A stretch of 64,000 bases of DNA from Candidatus Latescibacterota bacterium (lineage in GTDB: Bacteria > Latescibacterota > UBA2968 > GCA-2709665). Made by a program: the position numbers and the translations under genes. The notes under the pieces are model-generated. The model searched no databases. It saw only the letters and a list, made by a program, of their open reading frames with translations, and was not told the DNA's origin. The stretch is from positions 672,001-736,000 of the forward strand of contig CBDDDZ010000004.1 in NCBI GenBank assembly GCA_965226795.1, read 5' to 3'. Below are positions 51,720 through 61,344 of the stretch, piece by piece. Position 1 is the stretch's first letter; each line of letters opens with the position of its first letter.

Positions 51720-51974
51720 TGCGCCCTTCGCGGTCGTCCACATAATAGCGCTGACGTCAACTGATTCGGTTTTTGGTTTTGGCTGACAGCTGACCACTGA
51801 TAGCTCTTTCTACGGGGGCCAGGAGGAGAGGTCCCGCGCGTCGTTGAGCGACTGTGTCGCGACGATGGCGATGGTTTTCCCGTATTTGTGCAGCAGTGAT
51901 ATCATCGGTCGTCTCGAAAAAAAAGACCGCGAACAACAGGCCCGCGGTCTCTGAAAGTCATAAAAAAGCCAGCA

Positions 51975-52937
51975 TCATGTCCCCGAGATGGCGTCGATCA
52001 TCTCCATCGTCTTCACCGCGTCGTCCAGACTACAGGCCGGGAACGGAAGTGCGCCTCCATTCTGGACCCATCTCAAGAACGTGCGATCCTGCTGATAAAA
52101 TCCTGGTTTGTAGCGGCGATCAATGTCATTCCCTTCGACGTTCTCCGGCTGTCCGCCTCTGCGTCTCAAGGTTGCGGCTTGCCCAAGAGCGGACGTGAAG
52201 GTAACCCCATTGCCGCGCACTTCCACGCGGTGCCCTCCCGGAGCGAACCAGTCCATAGAGGCACGCCCGACAGCCCCGCCTGTGAAGGTCAACAGCGCCG
52301 AACAGCAGTCCGGCATGGGACCTTCCACAGTATGGTGCATCGGCTGGACGCTCATCACGTCACCGCCGAAGAATCGCAACAGGTCCAAGGCGTGGATGCC
52401 GTTTGCTACGCTCCAGCGTTTCAGGACCTTTTCAGGAAATTTCGGGTTTTCCCGGACCCGCTGGATATCTTCGTGGGCGTCCACAGTGACGCTTTGTACC
52501 GGCCCGGATTCGAGGATCAGCTCCCTGCCCTTGAGAAGCGTGGAATAGAACCGCCGATTTACGCCCACCATCGCCGGCGTACCCACCGCTCGCGCCAGAT
52601 CGGCCAGCGCACGGGTCTGGCACGTATAGAGGCCAGGAGGCTTTTCCAGAAAGGTCGGGATACCGGACCGAATGAAGTCTGCGGCGACCGCAGCGACCTG
52701 GAGGACACTCACGAGAACGAAAACGGCGTCGGGCCGATCCCCTTCCAGCAGGCTCTCGTGCAAGTTCAGGCGATTCGACACGCCGAACCGCGCTCCTGTC
52801 TCTTCCAGAACGCGGGGGTTGCTGTCCACAAGCGTCGTCACACACCCCTCGCGAAGGTCGGTGAGTACTTTCAGGTGCCTCTGCGCTATGTTTCCGGCTC
52901 CGACTACCGCAATGTTCAGCATTTCGTCCTGTTCCAT
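51975..52937 (-). CDS. Gfo/Idh/MocA oxidoreductase
   Basis: VVGAGNIA, EKP, G-x-NRRF and IH-x-x-D. Confidence 0.9.
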   Translation of the reverse strand: MEQDEMLNIAVVGAGNIAQRHLKVLTDLREGCVTTLVDSNPRVLEETGARFGVSNRLNLHESLLEGDRPDAVFVLVSVLQVAAVAADFIRSGIPTFLEKPPGLYTCQTRALADLARAVGTPAMVGVNRRFYSTLLKGRELILESGPVQSVTVDAHEDIQRVRENPKFPEKVLKRWSVANGIHALDLLRFFGGDVMSVQPMHHTVEGPMPDCCSALLTFTGGAVGRASMDWFAPGGHRVEVRGNGVTFTSALGQAATLRRRGGQPENVEGNDIDRRYKPGFYQQDRTFLRWVQNGGALPFPACSLDDAVKTMEMIDAISGT

Positions 52938-52981
52938 GTAAGCATTGCACGCCTTGAAGTAACGAATCTGTTCCTCTGGGC

Positions 52982-53390
52982 TCAGATCTCTCGTTTTGAG
53001 CCCGTCGGCAAGGGGTGATACTTCACCTCAACTTCCACATCTGTGACTCTCAGCGGTCTCACCAAATCGTCCGGTCGCTCCACCAGCGGATCTCCAAACG
53101 GTTCGCCCCCTGATGTGGCCGCACCCGCTGCAAGTCAAATATCAGCCACATGCTCTGGTACGGAGCGACCTTATAGCCGTATTCCCGGCGGCATATCTCC
53201 CCTTGCAGCGACTGGCCGTTGAGCGCGATTTCCAAGCGGTCGTCCGAGACCAGATCGACGATCTTGATCCGCAAGAGCACCTGACTGACGCGGCCTTCTT
53301 GCGCGTCGTCGACCAAGTAAAAGGGAATGGTATGCTGTGCCCGGTCGTCGGCTGCGATCTCCTCCGGCAGCGGGTGACCTGTTGTTCCAT
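52982..53390 (-). pseudogene. C-terminal gene remnant, 5'-truncated, with a 1-bp frameshift
   Basis: HPLP...IPFYLVDD...LNG...GANRLEI continues in another frame as LVERPDDLVRPLRVTDVEVEVKY; no start upstream. Confidence 0.6.
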
Positions 53391-53630
53391 TGGTTTATCG
53401 GAACAACAGGGGACGCCTGTTTCTGACGTCCGAGGCTGCTGGTGAGCGGCGCGTCTTCTGCCGCGAACAAACCCCCAGCCCCCAGACCGGACGCGCCGTC
53501 GTTGCATTATTCGGGGCGACCGCCGCGCGCCCCTACGAAGAACAGGCATTCGCGAATCGAAATCCGATGGGCGAAGGGGGGTCTTCTTACGTCTCCCGTC
53601 TCCCCTCTCCCCGCTCTTTGCTGATTGCTT

Positions 53631-53790
53631 TTATTCCTTTTCATCTTCGATTCGATGTTGTCGATCGATGGATTCGAAGAGGGATCTGACGTCGAAAAAG
53701 CCGCCGATGCCGACGATAACGGTGACCACTGCGAAGATTAGCAGTCCGATGAGGAGCACGGCGCCCGCACAATGGCTTGTCGAGCTATTG
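53631..53790 (-). pseudogene. small membrane-protein remnant
   Basis: hydrophobic VLLIGLLIFAVVTVIVGIGGFFD with a charged tail and no clear start; abuts the REP. Confidence 0.4.
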
Positions 53791-53807
53791 AGGAAGCGTG
53801 TCTGAAG

Positions 53808-54109
53808 GTGGGGCAGACATTCCTGTCTGCCCTTCTCATCGTCCTTCTGTCGTAATACAGACAGAAAAACGGCTTGCACCGCCTTTATGGAGCCAATAGC
53901 CCTGGCGGTTCTTGATCCGCAGCATACGCGCATTCTGTAAGCCGCGGCGTTTGCCCCGGGGGATTGCGTCATCGAGACGAAAGGTGATCCAATAGATAGC
54001 GCCGTCCTTTTTCCAGTGTGGGAGACGGCGGCGAATCGTTGGGTTCCCGGAGACAGGATTCAGAGATTTTGGTCTAAAATACGTGAGCAGACAGGAATGT
54101 CTGCTCCAC
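53808..54109 (-). mobile_element. internally deleted RAYT (REP-associated Y1 tyrosine transposase) remnant flanked by inverted GTGG-REPs
   Basis: REPs gtggggcagacattcctgtctgccc (53808-53832) and inverted gtggagcagacattcctgtctgctc (54085-54109); between them RRRLPHW...GAIYWITFRL-x-D-x-x-P. Confidence 0.7.
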
Positions 54110-54178
54110 CCTTTCAAGCTTTTGCGTAACCATAATAAAGCGAGTTGAATAAAGAAACGACCGTATGGATCATTCAGA

Positions 54179-54796
54179 TTACGGCCATGTAGGGCGTTCC
54201 ATCGAAAAAGATCCGGTGACGCACGCATAGTCCAGGTACCCGAGACGCCCCACCGGTTTCAGGGCTACGGTGTCGACAAGGCCATCCTTTATAGCCCGGT
54301 CGGCAATATGGATGCCAACCACCTGACCGAAAACAACCGTGTTCGGATCGTCCTGATTGTCCGTTGGCAGATCCACGGTGCGGGTATGGATACACTCCAG
54401 ATGCACCGGGCTTTCCGCCACACGGGGAGGCTTTACAAGCATTGAAGGCGCCTGTGTGACGCCCGCGTATTCGAACTCGTTGACGTTTCCGGGTGCAGGT
54501 ACAGCGGTCGCGTTCATCTGTGTTCGAAGCTCCCAGGTGGCGAGGTTTACCACGAATTCGCCCGTTTCCTGCGCGTTCTTTATGGAATCCTTCAATCCTC
54601 CGTGGGTGTGTGTGGTTGTGGCGGCGAACATGACCTGCGGCGGGGTATAGGCCACGGCGTTAAAGAACGAGTACGGGGCCAGGTTGAGCGTTCCCTGCGC
54701 GTCTATCGACGAAATCCATCCTATCGGTCTCGGCACAACGATGGCGTTGAAGGGATCGCGACGCAGGCCGTGGTGTTCGGACGTCCTGTAAAACAT
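54179..54796 (-). CDS. flavin reductase family protein (DIM6/NTAB)
   Basis: PRPIGWIS, NLAPYSFF, KDS-x-x-N, EFVVN and RLG-x-x-x-Y. Confidence 0.9.
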   Translation of the reverse strand: MFYRTSEHHGLRRDPFNAIVVPRPIGWISSIDAQGTLNLAPYSFFNAVAYTPPQVMFAATTTHTHGGLKDSIKNAQETGEFVVNLATWELRTQMNATAVPAPGNVNEFEYAGVTQAPSMLVKPPRVAESPVHLECIHTRTVDLPTDNQDDPNTVVFGQVVGIHIADRAIKDGLVDTVALKPVGRLGYLDYACVTGSFSMERPTWP

Positions 54797-54928
54797 GCTC
54801 GGGGCCTCCCTTTCCGGAGGTTATGCCGCGTTCTCTGTAGATTGTACCGTGGATGTGCAGTCAACAGCCACCGCGAGGTCCATATTCCGTTACGAACCCA
54901 CCCGATCCTCCGGGGCAGGACACCAGGC

Positions 54929-55930
54929 CTATTTCCACTTGAACACAACACCCAGTGCATCACTCGGATCGTCGGCGAGCATCGTATAGATTTCCTCGCA
55001 CTGTTCCGGCTCCGCCACGTGGGTGATGAGGTCTTCAACGGGTAATTTGCCCTCTCCCATCAGGCGCATCACCAGCCGGCGGTCCCGTTCCTTTGCCCAT
55101 CGGTAGTAGATGTGATCGGCCTCCGGCGTTTTGGGCTGGTGGGCGCCCAGGATGCTGACTTCCCTAAGATGCACATCGGCCAGGAAATCCATATCGACGG
55201 TGCCGCGCGGGGAACCCAGCGCAACCACACGGCCAGCCGTGCACGCAAGCCGGACGGCGGTGGGATATACCGAGGGCTTTCCCGTCGCTTCGATAACGAC
55301 GTTGGCGCCGTCATCCACGCAGTGTCGGCCAACCGCCTCCCGGATGTCGTCCACATCGCCGGGATTGATGCAAAGGTCGATGCCGCGGCTTCGCGCCTTG
55401 TCCAGACGAAAGTCGTCGAGATCGATAGCGATTGCCGGCAGGGCGCCGGAGAGTCCCGCAAGCGTCGACGCGAGTTGGCCTACAATCCCCAGGCCGATAA
55501 CGACGACAACCTCGCCCAATTCGATGCGCGCCACCCGGATTCCGTGGATGGCGATAGCGCCCATGACCATGAAAGCGGCGGCTTCGGACGACACGGAATC
55601 CGGAACTCTCTGGTGGAAGGACCTGGGGCCGGAGAGGACGCAGTGGCTGGCGTGGTTTCCCTGTCCGGCTACGCGATCGCCAGGACGGATGCCCTCAACG
55701 TCCTTGCCGACTTCCAGGACCGTTCCGACGTTGCAATAGCCGGTGGCGCGTGGAAAACGAACAGGGTTTCCGGGTTCGCCTCCGTGGGTCCAGCCGTGGA
55801 TCTCCGTTCCGACGCTGACGGCGGTGTACTGGTTTTCGATAAGGATACCGTCATCTGGTACTGACCCCGTCTCGAAGGACGCCAGTTCCATCCGACGGAT
55901 ACCGGGAATGAGGAAACGTGTGGCTTTCAT
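54929..55930 (-). CDS. MDR-family dehydrogenase lacking the canonical Zn-binding Cys
   Basis: S-x-GTE, GY-x-x-VG, G-x-G-x-VG and VIEATG. Confidence 0.85.
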   Translation of the reverse strand: MKATRFLIPGIRRMELASFETGSVPDDGILIENQYTAVSVGTEIHGWTHGGEPGNPVRFPRATGYCNVGTVLEVGKDVEGIRPGDRVAGQGNHASHCVLSGPRSFHQRVPDSVSSEAAAFMVMGAIAIHGIRVARIELGEVVVVIGLGIVGQLASTLAGLSGALPAIAIDLDDFRLDKARSRGIDLCINPGDVDDIREAVGRHCVDDGANVVIEATGKPSVYPTAVRLACTAGRVVALGSPRGTVDMDFLADVHLREVSILGAHQPKTPEADHIYYRWAKERDRRLVMRLMGEGKLPVEDLITHVAEPEQCEEIYTMLADDPSDALGVVFKWK

Positions 55931-56000
55931 CGGGAAGACCTTTCAGGTTGTTCGACGGCGGAATGGAGCGGGTAATCGAGACAGACGCCGGGCGTGGTCT

Positions 56001-57038
56001 CTACGCCTGCCCAAGGTCCAGGGTCTCCCGGAAGAGTCGAAGGAAGTTGCCGCCCCAGACTTTCCGGATTTCGTTTTCGGAAAGGCCGCGCGCGAGCATG
56101 GCGCGGGTGAGATGCACGAGCTTTGAGACGTTCTTGACGACGGGTGTGAGCGAACCCATGCCGTCGTAGTCGGACCCGATGGCGACGTGGTCGATACCGA
56201 CCAGGTCCGCCACGTAACAGATATGGTCGACCAGCCGGTCGACGGACGGATTCCCCGGATCGATGAAACCTGGCACGAAGGCGATGCCCATCACCCCGCC
56301 TCCGCCGGCCAGGGCCTTAAGTTGATCGTCAGTAAGGCAGCGCCAGTGGTTGCAGACGGAAAAAACCGCGGTGTGGGTCATCGTCACCGGGAGCGAAGAT
56401 CGTTCAAGAACCTGGAAGAAAGCCCTGTCGTTAACGTGGGCCAGGTCGGTGATGATACCCAGCCGGTTGCTCTCCCGGAGCACGGCTTTGCCGAAGTCCG
56501 TCAGACCGCTGGCGTTCCTGCGTTCACGGTCACGGTCGTCAGGCGTGCACGGTCCAAATGGACTCCTGCTGCCCTGAAGGTAGGCCGGGGCGTCCCCGCC
56601 TTCGCCGTGGGTAATCCCCACGCAGCGCACACCCAGGCGGAAATAGAGACGTAATACATCCATCTCCCCTTCCAGCCAACGACCCGCGCCTTCGATTGTG
56701 AGAAGGATGCCGACTCTGCCGGATTCTTTCGCCCGTTCAACGTCCTGTGATGAGAGCACCAGCATCAGGTCGTCGGGATAACGATCCACCGAAGCCAGGG
56801 TTTGCTCGAGGGTAACCCGAACATTTGCCGTGGGACCGTTGCCGACCACGAAGAAACCGGCGTCGAATCCGCCTTCCCCCATCCGGAGAATGTCGATATG
56901 ATACGCATCGTCCGGTTTTTTCAGGTCCATCGGGCGCTCGCCGCGGTGCACATGTTCCACGGGCGTGTCGTTGTGTCCGTCGACGATAAGGCAGCGATGG
57001 TGGACTGCCTGCGCTTCTTCAAGGGTGATGTCCGGCAT
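56001..57038 (-). CDS. membrane dipeptidase family (M19)
   Basis: DGHND, EG, D-x-AH, TH and HV-x-IGSDYDG. Confidence 0.9.
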   Translation of the reverse strand: MPDITLEEAQAVHHRCLIVDGHNDTPVEHVHRGERPMDLKKPDDAYHIDILRMGEGGFDAGFFVVGNGPTANVRVTLEQTLASVDRYPDDLMLVLSSQDVERAKESGRVGILLTIEGAGRWLEGEMDVLRLYFRLGVRCVGITHGEGGDAPAYLQGSRSPFGPCTPDDRDRERRNASGLTDFGKAVLRESNRLGIITDLAHVNDRAFFQVLERSSLPVTMTHTAVFSVCNHWRCLTDDQLKALAGGGGVMGIAFVPGFIDPGNPSVDRLVDHICYVADLVGIDHVAIGSDYDGMGSLTPVVKNVSKLVHLTRAMLARGLSENEIRKVWGGNFLRLFRETLDLGQA

Positions 57039-57109
57039 GGGAATTGGGTCCTCTGCTGTGGGATAACGGTGTGCCCTTGCGGGTAGGTATGATGCGCTCT
57101 CAGGTCGGT

Positions 57110-58432
57110 CTACGGAGGGTCGACCGGTACGTTCTGGTTCTTGCGGACCAGGGGATCGTATGTAAATCCGTCGGACCGTTTTTCGAACTCGGCGCGCACC
57201 TGTTTCATGTTCTCCGGGCTCCGGCAGAGGTCAACTGCGGTTCCTGCGAAGACTTTGGCGGTCTGCTGGATCGCATGCTCGGCGAAAGGCAGGGCGGCCT
57301 GCGCGGCCATTTCCCGGTGATGGCCAGGCGTTCCCTTTGCATAACAGACCATCTGGAAGCGTCCCAGAGGGGCCAGCCAGGAAACGTTGTCTTCGTCGGA
57401 GGAGCCCCGGCCCTGCGAGCCGCCGCCCTTGCCGATCTTCGTATTGAACCCCTTTTTGTAGCCCAGGGCTTCCACGCGCTTCACGTCAGCTTCCGTCGGT
57501 TCGGGCGGTCCGAAGAGTTTCAGATTTTTTCGAACAATCTCACACATTGACTTGTTGGGCAGACGCGGGTACACGGCGGTGATACGCGACCATTTCATCC
57601 TCGTGTCCGTGGCTCCGGCGGCGCCCCGGGCGCAGGCGGTGAGGCGTTCACGCACTTCGTCTACCTGCGCGCGGTCCTTGCCCCGTACGAAGTACCAGAT
57701 TTTGGCATAGGCCGGCACCACGTTGGGGGCGTCGCCTCCGTTGCGAATGACGGAATGAATCCTGACGTTTTCGGGTACATGCTCCCGGAGGTAGTTGGCG
57801 GCAATATCCGTGAGCATCACCCCGTCCAGGGCGCTGCGGCCCCGGTGAGCCCACGCGCCGTGGGCGGTACGGCCGAAGAATTCGTAAACGACGGAGTCCA
57901 GCGACGATCCCCCGAAATTGTTGACGCCGGAAGAACTCCCCGGATGCCAGGCGAGGCAGGCGTCCAGGTCCCGAAACGCGCCGTCGCGAGCCATATACAC
58001 TTTGCCCGCCAGGGTTTCCTCCGCCGGACAGCCGTAGTAGACGATTTTGCCCGATGTTCCGGTTGATTCGAGGATTTTTGCAGCGGCGACCGCACCCACG
58101 GCCGGGGCAACGCCCAGCAGATTGTGGCCTCAGCCATGCCCCCAGTCACCTTCCTCGGGACCGCAGTTCGGGAGCGCGTCGTATTCCCCCAGCATCCCGA
58201 TCGCCGGTTCTCCGTTGCCCCGGGTCGCTCGAAATGCCGTGGGGATTTTCTTGAAAGAGAATTCGACCTCGAAGCCGTGCGAAGCCAGGTAGTCCGCGAC
58301 CGCTCCCGAGGATTTGACCTCCCGGAAGGGCCGTTCCGCCCAGGCGTGCACCCGCCTGGAAAGGTCCACGGCGCGTTTCGACTCATCCGCTACGGTGCGA
58401 TCGATGAGGTCCTTTTTTTCTTTCGAGGTCAT
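57110..58432 (-). CDS. M20 amidohydrolase (AbgB-like) with in-frame UGA at codon 101; candidate selenoprotein
   Basis: ORFs 58130-58432 and 57110-58099 are in the same frame: EYDALP...GHG*GHNLLG...GCPAEE...WHP...GRSALD; TGA at 58130-58132 replaces the motif Cys. Confidence 0.85.
58096..58127 (-). promoter_or_regulatory. candidate bacterial SECIS element
   Basis: 11 nt after the UGA: GCUGGGC-GUU-GCCC(C)GGC stem-loop with apical G at +19; lower CCAC/GUGG stem. Confidence 0.55.
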
Positions 58433-58704
58433 GACATATCCCTTCTGTAAAAAAACGCCGGTCCACGGTTACTGGAATTGCCGCGTTGGATCGTCAACTG
58501 TTCCGGATCGATCTTCGCCCCGAGTTTTCGAACGGTACATCTTGCAGTCCGTTGATAAAGTCGCTCTGCAGGCGGGACCGAGTCATTGTGGCCGAAGACA
58601 AGGCGCGCGACCGAGGCGAATCGGGGGATTCGAGGAGCGAGCGCAACGCCGTAAGTCGGCCACAAGGGCCGGACGCAGCCCGGATGGACTTTTCCAACGG
58701 GCTG

Positions 58705-59793
58705 CTAGGGATTAACGATGGCATCAACGACCGCGTCGGCCACCTCCGGAGTCGCAGCTGCCCCACCCAGGTCCGCCGGATGGTTTGCCGGATGGACAAG
58801 CGTTCGATCGACGGCGCGGTCAATGGTCTGCGAGGCGGCGGCGGCTTCCGGATCGTTATGGCGGCTGCCCAGCCAGGACAGCATCATCCCCGCGGAGAGG
58901 ATCTGGGCTATGGGGTTGGCGATGCCCTTCCCGGCTATATCGGGGGCGGTACCGTGGGAAGGCTGGAAGACGCCGTAACGATCGCCTACGTCGGCCGAGG
59001 GCGCCATACCCATCCCGCCGATAGTAGCTGCGGCCAGGTCCGAAATGATGTCCCCGAACATATTTTCGGCAACGACAACGTCGTACCACGCGGGGTTGCG
59101 TAACTGGTACACGGTGAAGGCGTCCACGTAGGCATAATCCCGTTCGATGTCGGGATAGGATTCTGCAACCTCGTCGTAGATCTGCCTGAAAAAGGCCATG
59201 CTTTTCAGAATGTTGGCCTTGTCCACCGAGGTGACGCGACTCTTACCGTCGGCGGGCGCCCCCTTCCGTTGCTTCGCGATTTCAAAGGCGTACCGTACAA
59301 TCCGCTCGGTACCGGCGCGGGTGATGACCATATTGTCGACGGCGAGACTGTCGCCGAGGCGAACCCCGGCGCCGCGGGAGGCGTAAAGGCCTTCGGTATT
59401 CTCGCGCATAATGACGTAGTCGAGCGGCGGATTCCCTTCGAGAAGCGGAGGCACGCCGCGATATTTTTTGATGGGCCGGATCCCGGCGTAAAGGTCGAGT
59501 ACGAAGCGCAGTGTCAGTTGCGGAGCGATTTCCGTGCCGTCCGGAAATCGGATATCGGGATCGCCCGCGGAACCGAAAAGGACGGCATCGGCCTGCTTGC
59601 ATGCATCGAGCGTGGGATCGGGCAGGTCATTACCGGTTTCGGCGTAACACCTGGCGCCCACCGGGTGTTCCGAAAAGGCGAATCGGAGATCTGGAAGCGG
59701 CTCCTCGAGCGCCAGAAGGACTTTGAGTGCTTCCGCGACCACTTCCGGGCCGACGCCGTCTCCGGGGAGTACGGCGATGTTGTACGTTGGCAT
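58705..59793 (-). CDS. isocitrate/isopropylmalate/tartrate dehydrogenase family
   Basis: GDG-x-GPE, RENTEG-x-Y, DKAN, NMFGDI-x-SD and HGTAPDIAGKG-x-ANP. Confidence 0.92.
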   Translation of the reverse strand: MPTYNIAVLPGDGVGPEVVAEALKVLLALEEPLPDLRFAFSEHPVGARCYAETGNDLPDPTLDACKQADAVLFGSAGDPDIRFPDGTEIAPQLTLRFVLDLYAGIRPIKKYRGVPPLLEGNPPLDYVIMRENTEGLYASRGAGVRLGDSLAVDNMVITRAGTERIVRYAFEIAKQRKGAPADGKSRVTSVDKANILKSMAFFRQIYDEVAESYPDIERDYAYVDAFTVYQLRNPAWYDVVVAENMFGDIISDLAAATIGGMGMAPSADVGDRYGVFQPSHGTAPDIAGKGIANPIAQILSAGMMLSWLGSRHNDPEAAAASQTIDRAVDRTLVHPANHPADLGGAAATPEVADAVVDAIVNP

Positions 59794-59844
59794 GCACGCC
59801 CTCTCAAGGTATGTTGAACGTTGAAAACAGCGAAACGCGGGCAT

Positions 59845-59915
59845 TTCGACAAGCTTGCTTCGACAAGCTCAGCACAGGCAATGACCACGCTTCGACAGGC
59901 TCGTTTCGACAGGCC
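59845..59915 (+). repeat. four copies of TTCGACA(A/G)GC
   Basis: copies at 59845, 59859, 59891 and 59905, forming two pairs with 14-bp spacing. Confidence 0.75.
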
Positions 59916-59976
59916 GTTTCAACCGTTGCCAAACTGACAGTTTGCGCAACCTGATCGAGCGCCTTCACCTCCCCAT

Positions 59977-60022
59977 CACCCCCGCCTCCGGGGGAGTCAC
60001 CGCCAAGGGTGGCGGTGGAGGG
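59977..60022 (+). repeat. double-hairpin REP-like element
   Basis: ccccc/ggggg and caccgcca/tggcggtg stems. Confidence 0.45.
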
Positions 60023-60051
60023 CCTCCATATCGTCAGCGGCGGCGGGTAAC

Positions 60052-61194
60052 CTAGCGATCGTGGATCCCGATACGGAATCCACCTTCGGATTTCACGCAA
60101 CGTTCCAGCATGTCCGGCTCGACGTCTAATCCCGCGCCGGGCGTATCGGGTACGATCAGCTTGCCGTTTCGCATCTGCCATCCGTCCAGGACGATGCCCG
60201 GCATTTCCGCGGGAGCCGCTTCCAGGAGGCTGAAGTTGGGAATGGCGGCGGCGAAGTGGGCGTGCGCGTAGCGTTCGATGATACTCCCCCAGCTATGTGG
60301 CGCACACTTCGCGCCCCATAGCTGGATACGATCCGCGGTGGCTTTCCACCAGGTCAGTCCCATGTATCGGAAGTCGTGTTGCACAACGTCGATCCATCCA
60401 TTTTCGACCATATCGAAGAAGTATGGCGGAGGCGGCCCGGATTCACCGTCGGCCACGAGCGTGTTGTAGCCTCTCTGTTCGATGGCTTCCTTGAAGGCCG
60501 GGTTGAACGCCCGGTCTTCGGGAAACGGTTCTTCGAACCAATAGACCCCCACGCCGCGGCAGCGTTCGAGAATATCCAGAGCGATATTGAGCGTGGTTCC
60601 GTTGTTGGCGTCAACGAGGATCTTCGCGTCCGGTCCCGCTGCTTCCCGGACGGCGTGGATCACCAGCACGTCCCTGTCCGTTCCTTCCCGGACGGGCATC
60701 CAACGCGCGCCACGGCCGATTTTAATTTTGAAATTGCGATAGCCGTGGTTGTATCCGGTACGGACCTCTTCGTGAAAGATGCGCCGGGCCTGGTCGTCGG
60801 TTGCTCCCAAATCGTCGATATAGATGGAGCCGTCATAGAGTTCCACTTCGCGGGAGCCACGCCCTCCCAGGAGTTGATAAAGAGGCGCCCGTTCACATCT
60901 GGCGGCCAGATCCCACAGGGGCAGGTCGATGGCCGCACCGGCCCCCTTTGACCCGTGGGGAAATTCAAACAGGTCCGCGGGTCGCATTCCGAGTAGCGAT
61001 TCGGCGCGCTCCCTGTCAAGGGAAGACCAGCCGATACCGACAGCGCCGCCCTCGGTACAGATGCGCACAACCGGGTCGGTGACGGCCTGGCCATGCGCTC
61101 CGATACGGGCATTCAAGCCGATACTGCGCGGACGTTTCCCCCGGAGGACAACCTTTTCGATCTTGACGATGGGGTCGGAAAAAGTGCTGGACAT
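60052..61194 (-). CDS. mandelate racemase/muconate lactonizing enzyme (enolase superfamily)
   Basis: D-x-x-LWDL-x-AR, K-x-K, DAN, EEP, GE and PH motifs. Confidence 0.88.
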   Translation of the reverse strand: MSSTFSDPIVKIEKVVLRGKRPRSIGLNARIGAHGQAVTDPVVRICTEGGAVGIGWSSLDRERAESLLGMRPADLFEFPHGSKGAGAAIDLPLWDLAARCERAPLYQLLGGRGSREVELYDGSIYIDDLGATDDQARRIFHEEVRTGYNHGYRNFKIKIGRGARWMPVREGTDRDVLVIHAVREAAGPDAKILVDANNGTTLNIALDILERCRGVGVYWFEEPFPEDRAFNPAFKEAIEQRGYNTLVADGESGPPPPYFFDMVENGWIDVVQHDFRYMGLTWWKATADRIQLWGAKCAPHSWGSIIERYAHAHFAAAIPNFSLLEAAPAEMPGIVLDGWQMRNGKLIVPDTPGAGLDVEPDMLERCVKSEGGFRIGIHDR

Positions 61195-61315
61195 CGTGGG
61201 AACCCAGAAGCCAGGATGGATGCGCGGGGAGGTAAAGTAAACCAAAAATCGACGATTGGAAATCAAAAAAGCCGGTGTCGCAATGCCCTCCGTTTTTGCA
61301 CGCTGGTATTAGGTC

Positions 61316-61344
61316 TTGACCGACGGTACAAGATGTGGTATTTT
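61316..61344 (+). promoter_or_regulatory. putative promoter upstream of smc
   Basis: TTGACC-17 nt-TATTTT with a TGn extension. Confidence 0.4.

Noticed and set aside
58130..58132. Alternative genetic code (UGA = Trp/Gly) or a frameshift as the cause of the split M20 gene
   Set aside because: Both halves are in the same frame, and TGA ends other genes at the expected place (argS, cysS, dinG). The aligned residue is Cys, not Trp or Gly.
59845..59915. Possible CRISPR array
   Set aside because: Repeats are about 10 bp with very short or irregular spacers, and there are no cas genes in the window.
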